Shown: piece after piece, positions 53,672 to 63,683 of the stretch
How positions within the stretch are numbered: the stretch's first letter is position 1
Layout of the letters: every line of letters starts with the position of its first letter
DNA from: Candidatus Levyibacteriota bacterium
GTDB lineage: Bacteria; Patescibacteriota; Microgenomatia; Levybacterales; UBA12049
Length of the DNA stretch: 64,000 nucleotides
Assembly: GCA_016432345.1 (NCBI GenBank)
Contig: CP066685.1
Location: forward strand, 432,236-496,235
Direction: 5' to 3'
The notes under the pieces: generated by a model
The model's input: the letters and a program-made list of their open reading frames with translations, nothing else
The model's database searches: none
Told to the model about the DNA's origin: nothing
Program-made: the position numbers and the translations under genes

Positions 53672-54772
53672 ATGCTTATTGGTATTGATGGAAATGAGGC
53701 AAATGTGGAAAGACGGGTTGGGATTTCGGAATACAGCTTCGAACTTCTTAAGAAGTTCGAAGAATTTCAAATTTCAAATTTCAAATTTCAAATTTATCTA
53801 AAGAATTATCCATTAATTTATTTACCTAAAGAGCATGATGGATGGAAATATAAAGTAATTGGTCCAAAAAAATTGTGGACGCAGATTGCTTTACCATTTG
53901 ATCTCTATTTTCATAAGCCTAGACCAGATGTTTTTTTTAGCCCCACACACTATGCGCCTCGATTTTCACCAGTACCAACAGTTATTTCTATTATGGATCT
54001 TTCGTATATTCGTTTTCCTGAAATGTTTAAAAAGAGTGATTTATACCAGCTTCGGAATTGGACTTCATATTCTGTAAACAAAGCAAAAAAGATATTTACA
54101 ATTAGCCAGGCAAGCAAAAATGATATAATTAAACTGTATGGAATTTCAGAAGGAAAGGTTATTGTTACTTATCCAGGAGTAAGACATAAAACAGCAATGC
54201 AAAACTCAAAAATAAAAGAAAAGTACGGAATTAAAGAAGACTATATTTTGTTTGTGGGGACATTGCAGCCACGAAAGAATATTGTTAGATTAATTGAGGC
54301 TTTTTCTAAAATTCAAGATAAAGATATTGATTTAGTTATTGTTGGTAAAAAGGGCTGGATGTATGAAGATATTTTACAGGCTCCAAAGAAATATAATGTT
54401 GAAAATAGAGTAAAGTTTCTTGAGTTTGTTTCAAATGAAGAGTTGCAGGAATTTTACAAACATGCAGTTTGTTTTATTTTGCCAAGTTTATATGAAGGAT
54501 TTGGTCTTCCAATACTTGAAGCAATGCAGTATGGGTGCCCTGTGATAACAAGCAATGTTTCGAGTCTTCCAGAAGCAGGAGGGGAAGCAGCTATTTATGT
54601 AAATCCAGAAGATGTAGACGATATGGCAAAAAAAATAGAGATGGTAATAAGCAATAAAAAGATTCAAGAGGAGTTGCGAGAAAAAGGATACAAACAAGCA
54701 AAAAAATTTAGTTGGGAAAGAGCAGCCAAAGAAACATTAAAAGTACTTGAGGAGGTAGCAAATGCTGGATAA
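53672..54772 (+). CDS. GT4-family glycosyltransferase (complete)
   Basis: MLIGIDGNEA..., VTYPGV, and the E-x7-E motif YEGFGLPILEAMQYGCPVITSNVSSLPE. It contains a heptanucleotide repeat near the 5' end. Confidence 0.8.
   Translation: MLIGIDGNEANVERRVGISEYSFELLKKFEEFQISNFKFQIYLKNYPLIYLPKEHDGWKYKVIGPKKLWTQIALPFDLYFHKPRPDVFFSPTHYAPRFSPVPTVISIMDLSYIRFPEMFKKSDLYQLRNWTSYSVNKAKKIFTISQASKNDIIKLYGISEGKVIVTYPGVRHKTAMQNSKIKEKYGIKEDYILFVGTLQPRKNIVRLIEAFSKIQDKDIDLVIVGKKGWMYEDILQAPKKYNVENRVKFLEFVSNEELQEFYKHAVCFILPSLYEGFGLPILEAMQYGCPVITSNVSSLPEAGGEAAIYVNPEDVDDMAKKIEMVISNKKIQEELREKGYKQAKKFSWERAAKETLKVLEEVANAG
53763..53795 (+). repeat. Heptanucleotide tandem repeat (AATTTCA) x4 plus a 5-nt partial unit, inside the GT4 CDS
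   Basis: Four perfect units at 53763-53790, then AATTT. It encodes FQISNFKFQI at codons ~31-41 of 53672-54772. Confidence 0.9.
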
Positions 54773-55313
54773 AATTATAAGAAGAATTAATACTATTATT
54801 TTAGAATTTGAAGTAATGGTTTTGCATATTGTTGGATATGTTCCTTCTCATTATATTCGTCGATTCTTTTACCGACTAAGCGGAATAAAAATAGGTAGGG
54901 GGTCGACAATTCATACCGGAGCGCGATTCTATAATCCAAGAAATATTCGTATAGGTGATGATTCAATTATCGGAGAAGGCGTAGTGTTGGATGGAAGAGG
55001 AAAATTAACTATTGGAAATCACGTTGCATTTGCAACAGATGTAATGGTATATAACTGCCAGCATGATATACACGATAGTAATTTTAGTCCGGTATGTGGG
55101 GTTGTAATCATAGAAGATTATGTTTTTATTGGCCCTCGCGCGATAATTCTTCCAGGAATTAGGGTAAAAAAAGGCGCTATTGTTGCAGCGGGAGCTGTTG
55201 TTACAAAAGACGTGGAGGAATCAACTATTGTTGGTGGCGTTCCAGCGCAAGCAATTGGGAAAAGAAACGGAGAATTATCTTATCGTTTAGGCAGAGCAGC
55301 TTGGTTTCGGTAG
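54762..55313 (+). CDS. Hexapeptide-repeat (LbH) O-acetyltransferase
   Basis: IGRGSTIHTGARF, IRIGDDSIIGEGVVL, TIGNHVAFATDVMV, IGPRAIILPGIRV and GGVPAQAIGKR. Confidence 0.75.
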   Translation: MLDKIIRRINTIILEFEVMVLHIVGYVPSHYIRRFFYRLSGIKIGRGSTIHTGARFYNPRNIRIGDDSIIGEGVVLDGRGKLTIGNHVAFATDVMVYNCQHDIHDSNFSPVCGVVIIEDYVFIGPRAIILPGIRVKKGAIVAAGAVVTKDVEESTIVGGVPAQAIGKRNGELSYRLGRAAWFR

Positions 55314-55321
55314 GTTTTATA

Positions 55322-56173
55322 ATGATTCTTTCAATTTGCATTTTGAGCTACAATACAAAAAGTTTAACTCTGCAGTGTCTAAAGTCGCTAGAAGATCAAT
55401 ATAAAGAAGAGATAAATAAAAAAATTTTAGAGATTATTGTGGTTGATAATGCATCGACCGATGGCTCTGCCGAAGCCATCAGTAATTTTCAATTAATTAA
55501 AAATAAAGAAAATGTTGGATTTTCAAAAGGTTGTAATGTTGGAGCTAAGGCGGCCAAAGGAGAATATGTATTATTTCTTAATTCCGACACAGAGGTAAAC
55601 GACCGCGGGTTACTTAGAATGGTGAAGTATCTAAAGCAACATCAAGACGTTGGTATTTTAGGCGGCAGATTGCTAAACGAGAATGGATCAGCGCAATTAT
55701 CTGCAGGTAGGTTTTATACACTTCTTAATATTTTTATTATGCTTTTTGGGGGAGAAAGATTTGGGTTTTTACGTTCAAGTCCGATAGAAATTTGTGAAGT
55801 GGATTGGGTGATGGGCGCATCTTTGATGATAAAAAAAGAATTGTTTGACAAGCTAAACGGATTTGATGAAAATTTTTTCATGTATATTGAAGATATGGAG
55901 CTTTGTTATAGAGTAAAAAAAATGGGGTATAAAGTAGTTTTTTACCCTGATGTTCAAATTATACACAAGAAATTGGGAAGTTCAAACAGAACGTTTGCAG
56001 TTATTTATATTTACAAGGGTATTTTGTACTTTTACAAAAAGCATAAAAATTACTTATCATATATAATAGTTAAAATCTTACTTATGATTAAAGCTCTAAT
56101 TTCAATTTTAATAGGAATAATTACATTTAAAAAGTATCTTATTTATACCTATAAAAAAGCCATCACTTTTTAA
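55322..56173 (+). CDS. GT2-family glycosyltransferase
   Basis: LSICILSYNTKSLTLQCLKSL, IIVVDNASTDGS, VLFLNSDTEV and MYIEDMELCYR. I prefer the ATG at 55322 over the TTG at 55301. Confidence 0.8.
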   Translation: MILSICILSYNTKSLTLQCLKSLEDQYKEEINKKILEIIVVDNASTDGSAEAISNFQLIKNKENVGFSKGCNVGAKAAKGEYVLFLNSDTEVNDRGLLRMVKYLKQHQDVGILGGRLLNENGSAQLSAGRFYTLLNIFIMLFGGERFGFLRSSPIEICEVDWVMGASLMIKKELFDKLNGFDENFFMYIEDMELCYRVKKMGYKVVFYPDVQIIHKKLGSSNRTFAVIYIYKGILYFYKKHKNYLSYIIVKILLMIKALISILIGIITFKKYLIYTYKKAITF

Positions 56174-56175
56174 TT

Positions 56176-59100
56176 ATGAAGTTGTTTCGTTTTGTATTCG
56201 ACAATATTTTATTTATTTTAACACTTTTTTTGTTAGCGTTTATTCCTTTATACCCAAAACTGCCTCTTATAGATATTCAGCATACCTGGGTATATATAAG
56301 AGCTGAAGATTTTTTTGTGCTTCTGGCGCTTTCAGTTTGGCTGGCGCTATTAATACGTAAAAAAATTACTCTTAAAAATCCTTTGATCTTGCCAATTTTA
56401 GCTTTTTGGATAATTGGGGCGTTGGCGACAATTCATGGATTATTTCTAATATTCCCTAATCTAACTGGGGTTCATACGAATGTGGCGTTTTTAAGTTATC
56501 TGCGAAGGATAGAATACATTAGTTTATTTTTTGTGGCGTTTTCAAGTGTAAGAGACAAACGTATCTTGTCATTTGTTGTCGGGATATTAACTTTTACTCT
56601 TTTGAGTGTGGCGGCGTATGGTTTTGGTCAAAAATATTTAGGTTTTAAAGCTTATCTTACCATGAATGAAGAATTTGCCAAAGGAGTTGGAGTACAGCTT
56701 TCTTCTATGTCTCGAATCCCTTCAACATTTGGAGGGCATTACGATCTGGCGGCATATCTGGTTTTGATTATCCCGCTTTTGGTAAGCGTTTCCTTTGGTA
56801 TAAAAAACTGGTTTTATAGATTATTGATTTTAGGTTCTTGCGCTTTAGGTTTTGTGTTGCTTCTAATGACAGTATCTCGCGTGTCTTTTGTTGTTTTGAT
56901 TGCAGCTTTATTGTTAGTGCTTATTTTATATAATAAAAGGTTCGTTATAGCATTGTTTTTTGTTGTCGTTTTACTTTTTTTTAGTTTTTCTCCCGGACTT
57001 TTACAGCGTTTTGGAAATACACTTAAGCAAACAGATGTTATGGTTAGCGCTCAAACAGGAGAGGTGGTAGGGAATGCCATGTTTGTTCCAAGAGCATACC
57101 TTAACGATAAGATTGTTAACCAAAAATTCGCAGAAAGTAAAGGAGAGCTGACTGTTGTTACTGACAAAGATAAAAAATATGCTACGTCATCGGCATTTGA
57201 TATCGCATCGCTTTCATCAACCATCCCGCTTGTAGTTGAGCCAAACGCTCCAACAGGGGAATCGCTTCCGCAAGGAACAGGTTATATTAATATCTTTCTT
57301 TCTCCAATAGAAACACGGGTAGGGAATTTTTTTTACCAGCAGGCAAAAAAAGATAATGCCACACAATCGGCGGTGCTATTTGTGCATGGAGATTATTTAA
57401 TAAAAAAATCAATTGCGTATGATCTTTCTTTTACTACTCGTTTTCAAGGAGAATGGCCTCAGGCGATTAAGGCATTTCAAAGAAATATTTTGGTTGGGAG
57501 CGGATATTCCTCGGTAGGGTTGGCAGTTGATAATAATTATTTGCGAATTTTAGCAGAAGTTGGTTTGTTAGGTTTTGTTGCTTTTTTTGGCATTTTTCTT
57601 ATGTTTGGAATTTATGTTAAGAGAGTTTATAGCAATATTGATTCGCCTTTTGTAAAAAGTTTTATCATAGGTGTTGAATGTGGTATTTTTGGCTTGTTTC
57701 TTAATGCCATATTTATTGATGTTTTCGAGGCATCAAAAATAGCGTATCTTCTTTGGTTGTTAATTGGTATTACAGTTGGTTTGGTCCACAAGTATCAAAA
57801 GGAAACAATAGACCTTTTTGATCAAGCAAAAAAAATAATAATATCTACTCCCGCAATTGTCTTGTATTTATTTATTATAACTGGAATTATGTTTTCGGGA
57901 ATGGCAAATTATTTTTTTGTCGGAGACGATTTTACCTGGTTACGTTGGGTTGCCGATTGTGGCGGTAGTGGTGCTAATTGCCATTTATCGTTATCCACAG
58001 CTACCAGTTATTTTACCAATGCCAATGGTTTTTTCTATCGTCCAGGGACAAAACTTTATTTTTTATTAATGTATTCTGGTTTTTGGTTTAATCAGACAGT
58101 TTATCATCTTGTTTCTATTTTGCTTCATGCGTCTGTTGTAGTGTTGGTTTTTCTTATTGCCAAAAAAATTTTAAAAAGCAAACTGCTTTCGATGCTTACG
58201 GCGTTGTTATTTGTTTTTTCCAGCGGCTACGGAGAAGCAGTGTTTTGGGTTTCTTCGGTGGGTTTTTTGTTTAATGCGTTTTTTACTCTTTTGGCGCTGT
58301 TATTATTTATTATTTGGCGTGAACAAAAAAAGATTATATTTTTTGTCTTTTCTTTTGCCTGTATAACTTTTTCTCTTTTATTCCATGAACTTGGAATAGT
58401 GGCGCCGCTTTTTGTTGTGTTTTACATATACATATATGAAGCAAATTTTTCTCTTTTAGCAGCCATAAAAAACAAGTTTTACTTTTTACTTTTTTTACCC
58501 CTTATTCCTTATCTTTTTTTTCGTTTGATTTCAGATAGTCATTGGTTTTCTGGCGACTACAGTTTTAATATAATTAAACTTCCGTATAATATTATCGGGA
58601 ATCTAATTGGGTATTTGGGATTAATTGGCATTGGTCCCATCTTTTTGCCTATTTATGGGATTTTAAGGAATTTCTTAAGAGAACATTTGTCGGTAGCTAC
58701 TATTTTGGCCCTCATTATTTTTTTAGGCGCTGTTTTTATATATAGAAAGTATAAGAAAAAAATTTCGACAGATGAGCAAAAAATAGTTTTGTTTAGTGTA
58801 TTATTTTTTATAACTGCTCTATTGCCATTTTTGGGACTGGGGAATATAACATCACGCTATAGTTATTTGGCAAGTATCGGGCTTGAACTGCTTTTTGCAT
58901 TTTTCATTAAAAAGCTATATATGCATTTGTTAGTAAATGGCAGGAATATTGCAATTGTCGTAACTATTTTTGCTGTTTGTATTTTTTCTTTTTTGCAGCT
59001 TATTCAGTTGCAGAAAGTAGATGGAGATTGGCATGCTGCGGGAAACAAGTCAATAGCATTTTTCACATCGCTTGATAGCTACTATGAAAATACCTGGAGG

Positions 59101-59358
59101 AAAGAACCAACACAGTTTTATTTTGTTGATGTTCCAATACGTCTTGGCGAGGCTTGGATCTTTCCAGTTGGTCTTCCTGACGCAGTTTGGTTTGTTACTC
59201 GCAATGGAAAGATACAAGTCTATCAGACATCATCCATTGATAAAGCCATAGCTATAGCGCATGATCCATTGTTGTATAAAAACATATTTATATTTCAGGG
59301 CGATGGGGATGTAAAATCAGTTATAAAAACAAATGCCTTGCAAATTTATGTTAAATAA
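56176..59358 (+). CDS. Fusion membrane protein: O-antigen ligase/polymerase (Wzy_C)-like N-terminal half plus GT-C/PMT-like C-terminal half
   Basis: 1060 aa. The N-half has LLMTVSRVSFVVLIAALLL, a large loop, then GSGYSSVGLAVDNNYLRILAEVGLLG (a Wzy_C-like end motif). The C-half starts with the acidic loop FFVGDDFTWLRW followed by about 10 more TM segments and a soluble tail. Confidence 0.55.
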   Translation: MKLFRFVFDNILFILTLFLLAFIPLYPKLPLIDIQHTWVYIRAEDFFVLLALSVWLALLIRKKITLKNPLILPILAFWIIGALATIHGLFLIFPNLTGVHTNVAFLSYLRRIEYISLFFVAFSSVRDKRILSFVVGILTFTLLSVAAYGFGQKYLGFKAYLTMNEEFAKGVGVQLSSMSRIPSTFGGHYDLAAYLVLIIPLLVSVSFGIKNWFYRLLILGSCALGFVLLLMTVSRVSFVVLIAALLLVLILYNKRFVIALFFVVVLLFFSFSPGLLQRFGNTLKQTDVMVSAQTGEVVGNAMFVPRAYLNDKIVNQKFAESKGELTVVTDKDKKYATSSAFDIASLSSTIPLVVEPNAPTGESLPQGTGYINIFLSPIETRVGNFFYQQAKKDNATQSAVLFVHGDYLIKKSIAYDLSFTTRFQGEWPQAIKAFQRNILVGSGYSSVGLAVDNNYLRILAEVGLLGFVAFFGIFLMFGIYVKRVYSNIDSPFVKSFIIGVECGIFGLFLNAIFIDVFEASKIAYLLWLLIGITVGLVHKYQKETIDLFDQAKKIIISTPAIVLYLFIITGIMFSGMANYFFVGDDFTWLRWVADCGGSGANCHLSLSTATSYFTNANGFFYRPGTKLYFLLMYSGFWFNQTVYHLVSILLHASVVVLVFLIAKKILKSKLLSMLTALLFVFSSGYGEAVFWVSSVGFLFNAFFTLLALLLFIIWREQKKIIFFVFSFACITFSLLFHELGIVAPLFVVFYIYIYEANFSLLAAIKNKFYFLLFLPLIPYLFFRLISDSHWFSGDYSFNIIKLPYNIIGNLIGYLGLIGIGPIFLPIYGILRNFLREHLSVATILALIIFLGAVFIYRKYKKKISTDEQKIVLFSVLFFITALLPFLGLGNITSRYSYLASIGLELLFAFFIKKLYMHLLVNGRNIAIVVTIFAVCIFSFLQLIQLQKVDGDWHAAGNKSIAFFTSLDSYYENTWRKEPTQFYFVDVPIRLGEAWIFPVGLPDAVWFVTRNGKIQVYQTSSIDKAIAIAHDPLLYKNIFIFQGDGDVKSVIKTNALQIYVK

Positions 59359-60850
59359 AAATATTTTATTTGCGATTTTATTTTCTTTTCTGATTGCTGG
59401 GGCAGTTGCTGTTCGTTTATATCATTTTGATTATCCAGTTTTGGATTGGCATTCATGGCGACAAGCAGATACGTCTGCAGTTTCTCGTAATTTTGTTAAT
59501 TATGGTTTTGATATATTACATCCAAAGTTTGACGACTTATCTAAAAATGTATCGTTATTAGATAACCCAAAAGGATACCGTTTTGTAGAGTTTCCAATTT
59601 ATAACATTTTGCAAGCTGGGTTATTTATATTTTTTCCAAAGTTTACTATAGAGGAATGGGGACGACTTATTAGCATAATATCTTCTATTGGGGCAATAGT
59701 TTTTTTGTATCTGTTTGTTAGCAAATATGTTTCCAGACAGGCGGCGTTTTGGGCGGCGTTTTTATATGCATTTGCTCCATATAGTGTTTATTTTGGAAGA
59801 ACAATCCTTCCTGATCAAATGATGGTGATGCTTATGTTGGGAGGCATATATTTTTTTGATGCATGGTTGGGCGTAAAACCATTTTTTAATTATAAATTTT
59901 TGTTGGCGATTATTTTTACTGCTTTAGCCGTATTAATAAAACCATTTGTTCTATTTTTTGGTTTTATTTTTTTATATCTTGCTTGGAAAAAATTTGGCAT
60001 TGCTCTCTTTAAGAGATGGGAATTATGGATATTTGGTATTATTGCGGTTTTGCCATTTATTCTTTGGAGATTATGGATGTTGCAGTATCCAGAAGGCATT
60101 CCTCAAAGCAATTGGCTATTTAATGGCAATGGAGTTCGTTTTACGGGCGCATTTTTACGTTGGATATTTGCCGATAGAATAGCAAGTCTTATCTTAGGAT
60201 TTTTTGGCCTGCCATTTTTTATAATTGGCATAATTGGGAAAATTAAAAAAGAAGGCTTGCTTTTTATTGCTTTTCTAGCCTCATCATTAATGTATATTAA
60301 TGTTATTGCGACAGGCAATACGCAACATGATTATTATCAGTTGCTTATTCTTCCGATGATTGCAATATTTTTTGGAAAAGGAATAAATTTAGTATTGACC
60401 AAACATAAAGAGGTATTTAATAGATTTATCGCTGTTTTAACTATTTTTGTTTGCGTTTTTTTTATGCTGGCATTAAGTTGGTATCGGATACGGGATTTTT
60501 ATACATTGCAACATTACGAAGTTTTAGGCGTAGGTAAAATTATTGATTCCGTAATTCCTAAAGGTAAAGATATAAAAATAATTGCGCCATTTGGCGGAGA
60601 CACAACGTTTTTATACTATACCAATAGACAGGGATGGCCAGTAGTTGATAGACCATTTTATCAGTTTGTTGATGCTGGGGCAGATTATATTGTGTTTGTA
60701 AATCCATCAAAGTCCGATTTGGGTTTACAAGAGCTTTTTACTCCAGTACAAATAGGCGCAAATTATGCAATTTTTGATCTAACAAAACCAACAGATAAAG
60801 GTAAAGAGAGCATGAAAATTGAAAGAAAAAAAGATAAAGGCAAAAAATGA
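59348..60850 (+). CDS. GT-C glycosyltransferase, ArnT/PMT (GT39/GT83)-like
   Basis: VLDWHSWRQADTSAVSRNF is a typical first-loop region. It has about 11 TM segments and a small C-terminal soluble domain. The ATG at 59348 overlaps the upstream stop by 11 nt. Confidence 0.65.
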   Translation: MLNKNILFAILFSFLIAGAVAVRLYHFDYPVLDWHSWRQADTSAVSRNFVNYGFDILHPKFDDLSKNVSLLDNPKGYRFVEFPIYNILQAGLFIFFPKFTIEEWGRLISIISSIGAIVFLYLFVSKYVSRQAAFWAAFLYAFAPYSVYFGRTILPDQMMVMLMLGGIYFFDAWLGVKPFFNYKFLLAIIFTALAVLIKPFVLFFGFIFLYLAWKKFGIALFKRWELWIFGIIAVLPFILWRLWMLQYPEGIPQSNWLFNGNGVRFTGAFLRWIFADRIASLILGFFGLPFFIIGIIGKIKKEGLLFIAFLASSLMYINVIATGNTQHDYYQLLILPMIAIFFGKGINLVLTKHKEVFNRFIAVLTIFVCVFFMLALSWYRIRDFYTLQHYEVLGVGKIIDSVIPKGKDIKIIAPFGGDTTFLYYTNRQGWPVVDRPFYQFVDAGADYIVFVNPSKSDLGLQELFTPVQIGANYAIFDLTKPTDKGKESMKIERKKDKGKK

Positions 60851-62052
60851 AAGTTCTTGTTGTTTCCTCCTTTCTTCCATATCCACTTTTCTCTGGTGGT
60901 CATGTACGTTTATATAGTATCTTAAAAGAACTTTATAATAAGGGATATGAATTAACTTTGACTTGCGAGAAAAGATCTTATCAGACAGATAGCGACATAA
61001 AGGAAATGGAAAAGATATGTAAAAAAGTAGTTGCAGTTTCGCGGCAAAAACAATGGTCGGTTAAAAATATTTTGCAATCGGGATTTTCCAGCTATCCATT
61101 TTTACTAATCGGACATACTCAAAAAGAATTTCAACAAGAAATTAAGAATATCCTTTCTAAGGAAAAGTTTGACCTTATTCATATTGAAACGTTTTATGTG
61201 ATGCAAAATTTGCCGGCAATTTCTACTCCAACTGTTTTAGTTGAACATAATATTGAGTATTTGGTCTACCAGCGATATGTTCAAAACGTGTCAGTGTTGT
61301 TGAGGCCACTGCTGATGTTGGATATTTTAAAGATGAAGTATTGGGAAAAATATTTTTGGAAAAAAGCCACAAAACTTGTTGCGGTATCTGATGAAGAGAA
61401 AAAATTAATGAGTAGAGATGATGTTATGGTTGTACCAAACGGGGTAGATCTTCAAAGATTTAAGATTAATGATTTAAGATTTAAAAATAAGAAGGAGAAT
61501 ACGATTTTGTTTATTGGGGATTTTAAATGGATGCAAAATAGAGATGCAGTAGAATGGATATTAAAAGAAATATGGCCCATGATTAACTTAAAACTTAAAA
61601 CTAAAAACTTAAAACTAAAGCTTTGGATTGTTGGGAGAAAAATTCCGGAATCAATTAAAAAATTAACAAATGATTCAGATGTAATTTTTGATGAAAACGC
61701 GCCTAAGGAGACTTCCGAGATTTTTAATAAAGCAGATCTGCTTCTTGCCCCGATCAGAATTGGGGGAGGGACAAGTTTTAAGATACTCGAGGCAATGGCT
61801 AGCGGAGTGCCGGTAGTAACCACATCTCTTGGGATAGAAGGTATAAATGCAGAGAATAACAAAGAGACAATTATAGCTAATACAACAGAAAATATTGCAA
61901 ATGATGTTGTTTCATTGCTAGAAAATAGTGAAAAATATCAAATGATTGTAAAAAATGCTAGAGCCCTAATTGAGGAAAAATATGATTGGAAAAAAATAGT
62001 CAAAAAATTAGAGGCAGTTTATGGGTCGGCAGTTGGAGATAAACATGATTGA
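60847..62052 (+). CDS. GT4-family glycosyltransferase
   Basis: MKVLVVSSFLPYPLFSGGHVRLY and GGGTSFKILEAMASGVPVVTT. ATGA overlap with the upstream gene. Confidence 0.8.
   Translation: MKVLVVSSFLPYPLFSGGHVRLYSILKELYNKGYELTLTCEKRSYQTDSDIKEMEKICKKVVAVSRQKQWSVKNILQSGFSSYPFLLIGHTQKEFQQEIKNILSKEKFDLIHIETFYVMQNLPAISTPTVLVEHNIEYLVYQRYVQNVSVLLRPLLMLDILKMKYWEKYFWKKATKLVAVSDEEKKLMSRDDVMVVPNGVDLQRFKINDLRFKNKKENTILFIGDFKWMQNRDAVEWILKEIWPMINLKLKTKNLKLKLWIVGRKIPESIKKLTNDSDVIFDENAPKETSEIFNKADLLLAPIRIGGGTSFKILEAMASGVPVVTTSLGIEGINAENNKETIIANTTENIANDVVSLLENSEKYQMIVKNARALIEEKYDWKKIVKKLEAVYGSAVGDKHD
61585..61619 (+). repeat. Imperfect heptanucleotide array AACTTAA/AACTAAA x5 inside the GT4 CDS
   Basis: AACTTAA AACTTAA AACTAAA AACTTAA AACTAAA, encoding NLKLKTKNLKLK in 60847-62052. 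Confidence 0.85.
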
Positions 62053-62938
62053 TTTATCAATTATTATTGTTTCATTTAATACTAAAGATATTTTGCAGGA
62101 GTGTCTTGACTCTGTTTATAAAAATTTATCTCAAAAATATAGTACCGAGGTTATAGTAGTTGATAATGGATCAACCGATGGAACGGTCGAGAAAATTCAA
62201 AATGTAAAAATCAAAATTATTCAAAATAAAAAGAATCTGGGATTTTCTCGAGCAAATAATATTGGTGTAAAACAAGCAAAAGGAAGATATGTATTATTTC
62301 TTAATTCCGATACGGTTCTTTTTAGGGGTACGGTTGAAATCATTGTAAAATTTATGGATTCCAATCAGGGCACCGGTGCTGCGACGTGCAAAGTGGTTTT
62401 ACCAAATGAAAAATTGGATGACGCAGCACACCGAGGTTTTCCAACGCCATGGAATGCGTTTTGTCATTTTTCGGGATTGTCGCGGGTTTTCCCAAGGTCG
62501 CGTATTTTTGCAGGGTACTCTCTTGGATGGATAGATTTGACAACAATACATGAAATTGATGCTTGTGCTGGGGCATTTATGATGGTTCGCCGCAGTGCTG
62601 GAGAAGAAATTGGCTGGTGGGATGAAGATTTTTTTTGGTACGGCGATGACTTGGATTTTTGCTATCGTCTTAAGGAAAAAAAATGGAAAATTTATTATGT
62701 TCCCACAGTTTCAATTTTGCATTATAAAGGTGTGTCTGGGGGCATAAAAGAGATTTCAAAAAACATTACTAAAGCTGATCCAAAAACAAAAGCACTTGCA
62801 ACAAAGGCTCGATTTGAAGCAATGAAGATTTTTTATAAGAAGCATTACACGGATAGATACCCAAGTATTATTACTTGGTTTGTAATGACAGGAATAAATG
62901 TAAAACTTAAACTTTCTGATAAGATTGAACATATATGA
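62045..62938 (+). CDS. GT2-family glycosyltransferase
   Basis: LSIIIVSFNTKDILQECLDSV, VIVVDNGSTDGT, VLFLNSDTVL and WYGDDLDFCYR. I prefer the ATG at 62045. Confidence 0.8.
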   Translation: MIDLSIIIVSFNTKDILQECLDSVYKNLSQKYSTEVIVVDNGSTDGTVEKIQNVKIKIIQNKKNLGFSRANNIGVKQAKGRYVLFLNSDTVLFRGTVEIIVKFMDSNQGTGAATCKVVLPNEKLDDAAHRGFPTPWNAFCHFSGLSRVFPRSRIFAGYSLGWIDLTTIHEIDACAGAFMMVRRSAGEEIGWWDEDFFWYGDDLDFCYRLKEKKWKIYYVPTVSILHYKGVSGGIKEISKNITKADPKTKALATKARFEAMKIFYKKHYTDRYPSIITWFVMTGINVKLKLSDKIEHI

Positions 62939-63678
62939 ATTACTATTTATTTTTGGATGAATCTGGTCATCACGGCTTGAAGATTGTTGATAAGCAATAC
63001 CCAATACTTCTTTTATGTGGTTGCTTAATTGAGAAGGATTATTATAATCATGAGGTTACGAAACAAATTAACAACTTAAAGCTTAAGTATTTTAAGACTA
63101 CAGAGATTATTCTTCATTCCAGAGATATCCGTAAATGGCAAAAGGATTTTAAAATTTTGGGAGATATCAAATTTCGACATAAATTCTACCAGGATTTGGA
63201 CGAAATAATAAAGAATATAGATTTTAGAATTATTGCCACCGCTGTTCTAAAAACCGAGCTAATAAAAACTTACGGACCGCAAGCGAATAATCCTTATGAT
63301 TTATCTTTGACTTTTATCATGGAAAGAACCGTTTTTTTAACAGATTTATTAAAATGTGGACAAGTAGAAGTTGTCGCTGAGGCGCGAGGCAAAAAAGAAG
63401 ATGCGCAGTTTCATAAACAATACCAAATTATTTTGAATAATGGAAGTACTTTTGTCTCCAGCGACCGTTTCCAAGATCGTTTTGCAAATATAGATTTTAA
63501 GAGAAAATCAGAAAACATTTTAGGGACACAGCTTTGCGATTTAGTAGCTTATCCGCTGGCTAATTATGTGTTATATCCAGAGAGGGAAAATTTAGCCTTC
63601 AGAGTTGTCGAACCAAAAATGTATCGGCAGTTTCCTACAGACGATTTTTTGGGATACGGATTAAAGATATTTCCATAA
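62935..63678 (+). CDS. DUF3800-like protein
   Basis: The N-terminal YLFLDESGHHG motif and LCDLVAYP near the C-terminus fit the DUF3800 pattern. ATGA overlap with the last GT2 gene. Confidence 0.5.
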   Translation: MNYYLFLDESGHHGLKIVDKQYPILLLCGCLIEKDYYNHEVTKQINNLKLKYFKTTEIILHSRDIRKWQKDFKILGDIKFRHKFYQDLDEIIKNIDFRIIATAVLKTELIKTYGPQANNPYDLSLTFIMERTVFLTDLLKCGQVEVVAEARGKKEDAQFHKQYQIILNNGSTFVSSDRFQDRFANIDFKRKSENILGTQLCDLVAYPLANYVLYPERENLAFRVVEPKMYRQFPTDDFLGYGLKIFP

Positions 63679-63683
63679 AAAAA

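Noticed and set aside
53763-53795. The short tandem repeats considered as a CRISPR array or mobile-element termini
   Set aside because: The units are 7-14 nt, directly adjacent without spacers, and lie inside intact ORFs. No cas genes, transposase or inverted-repeat pairs are present.
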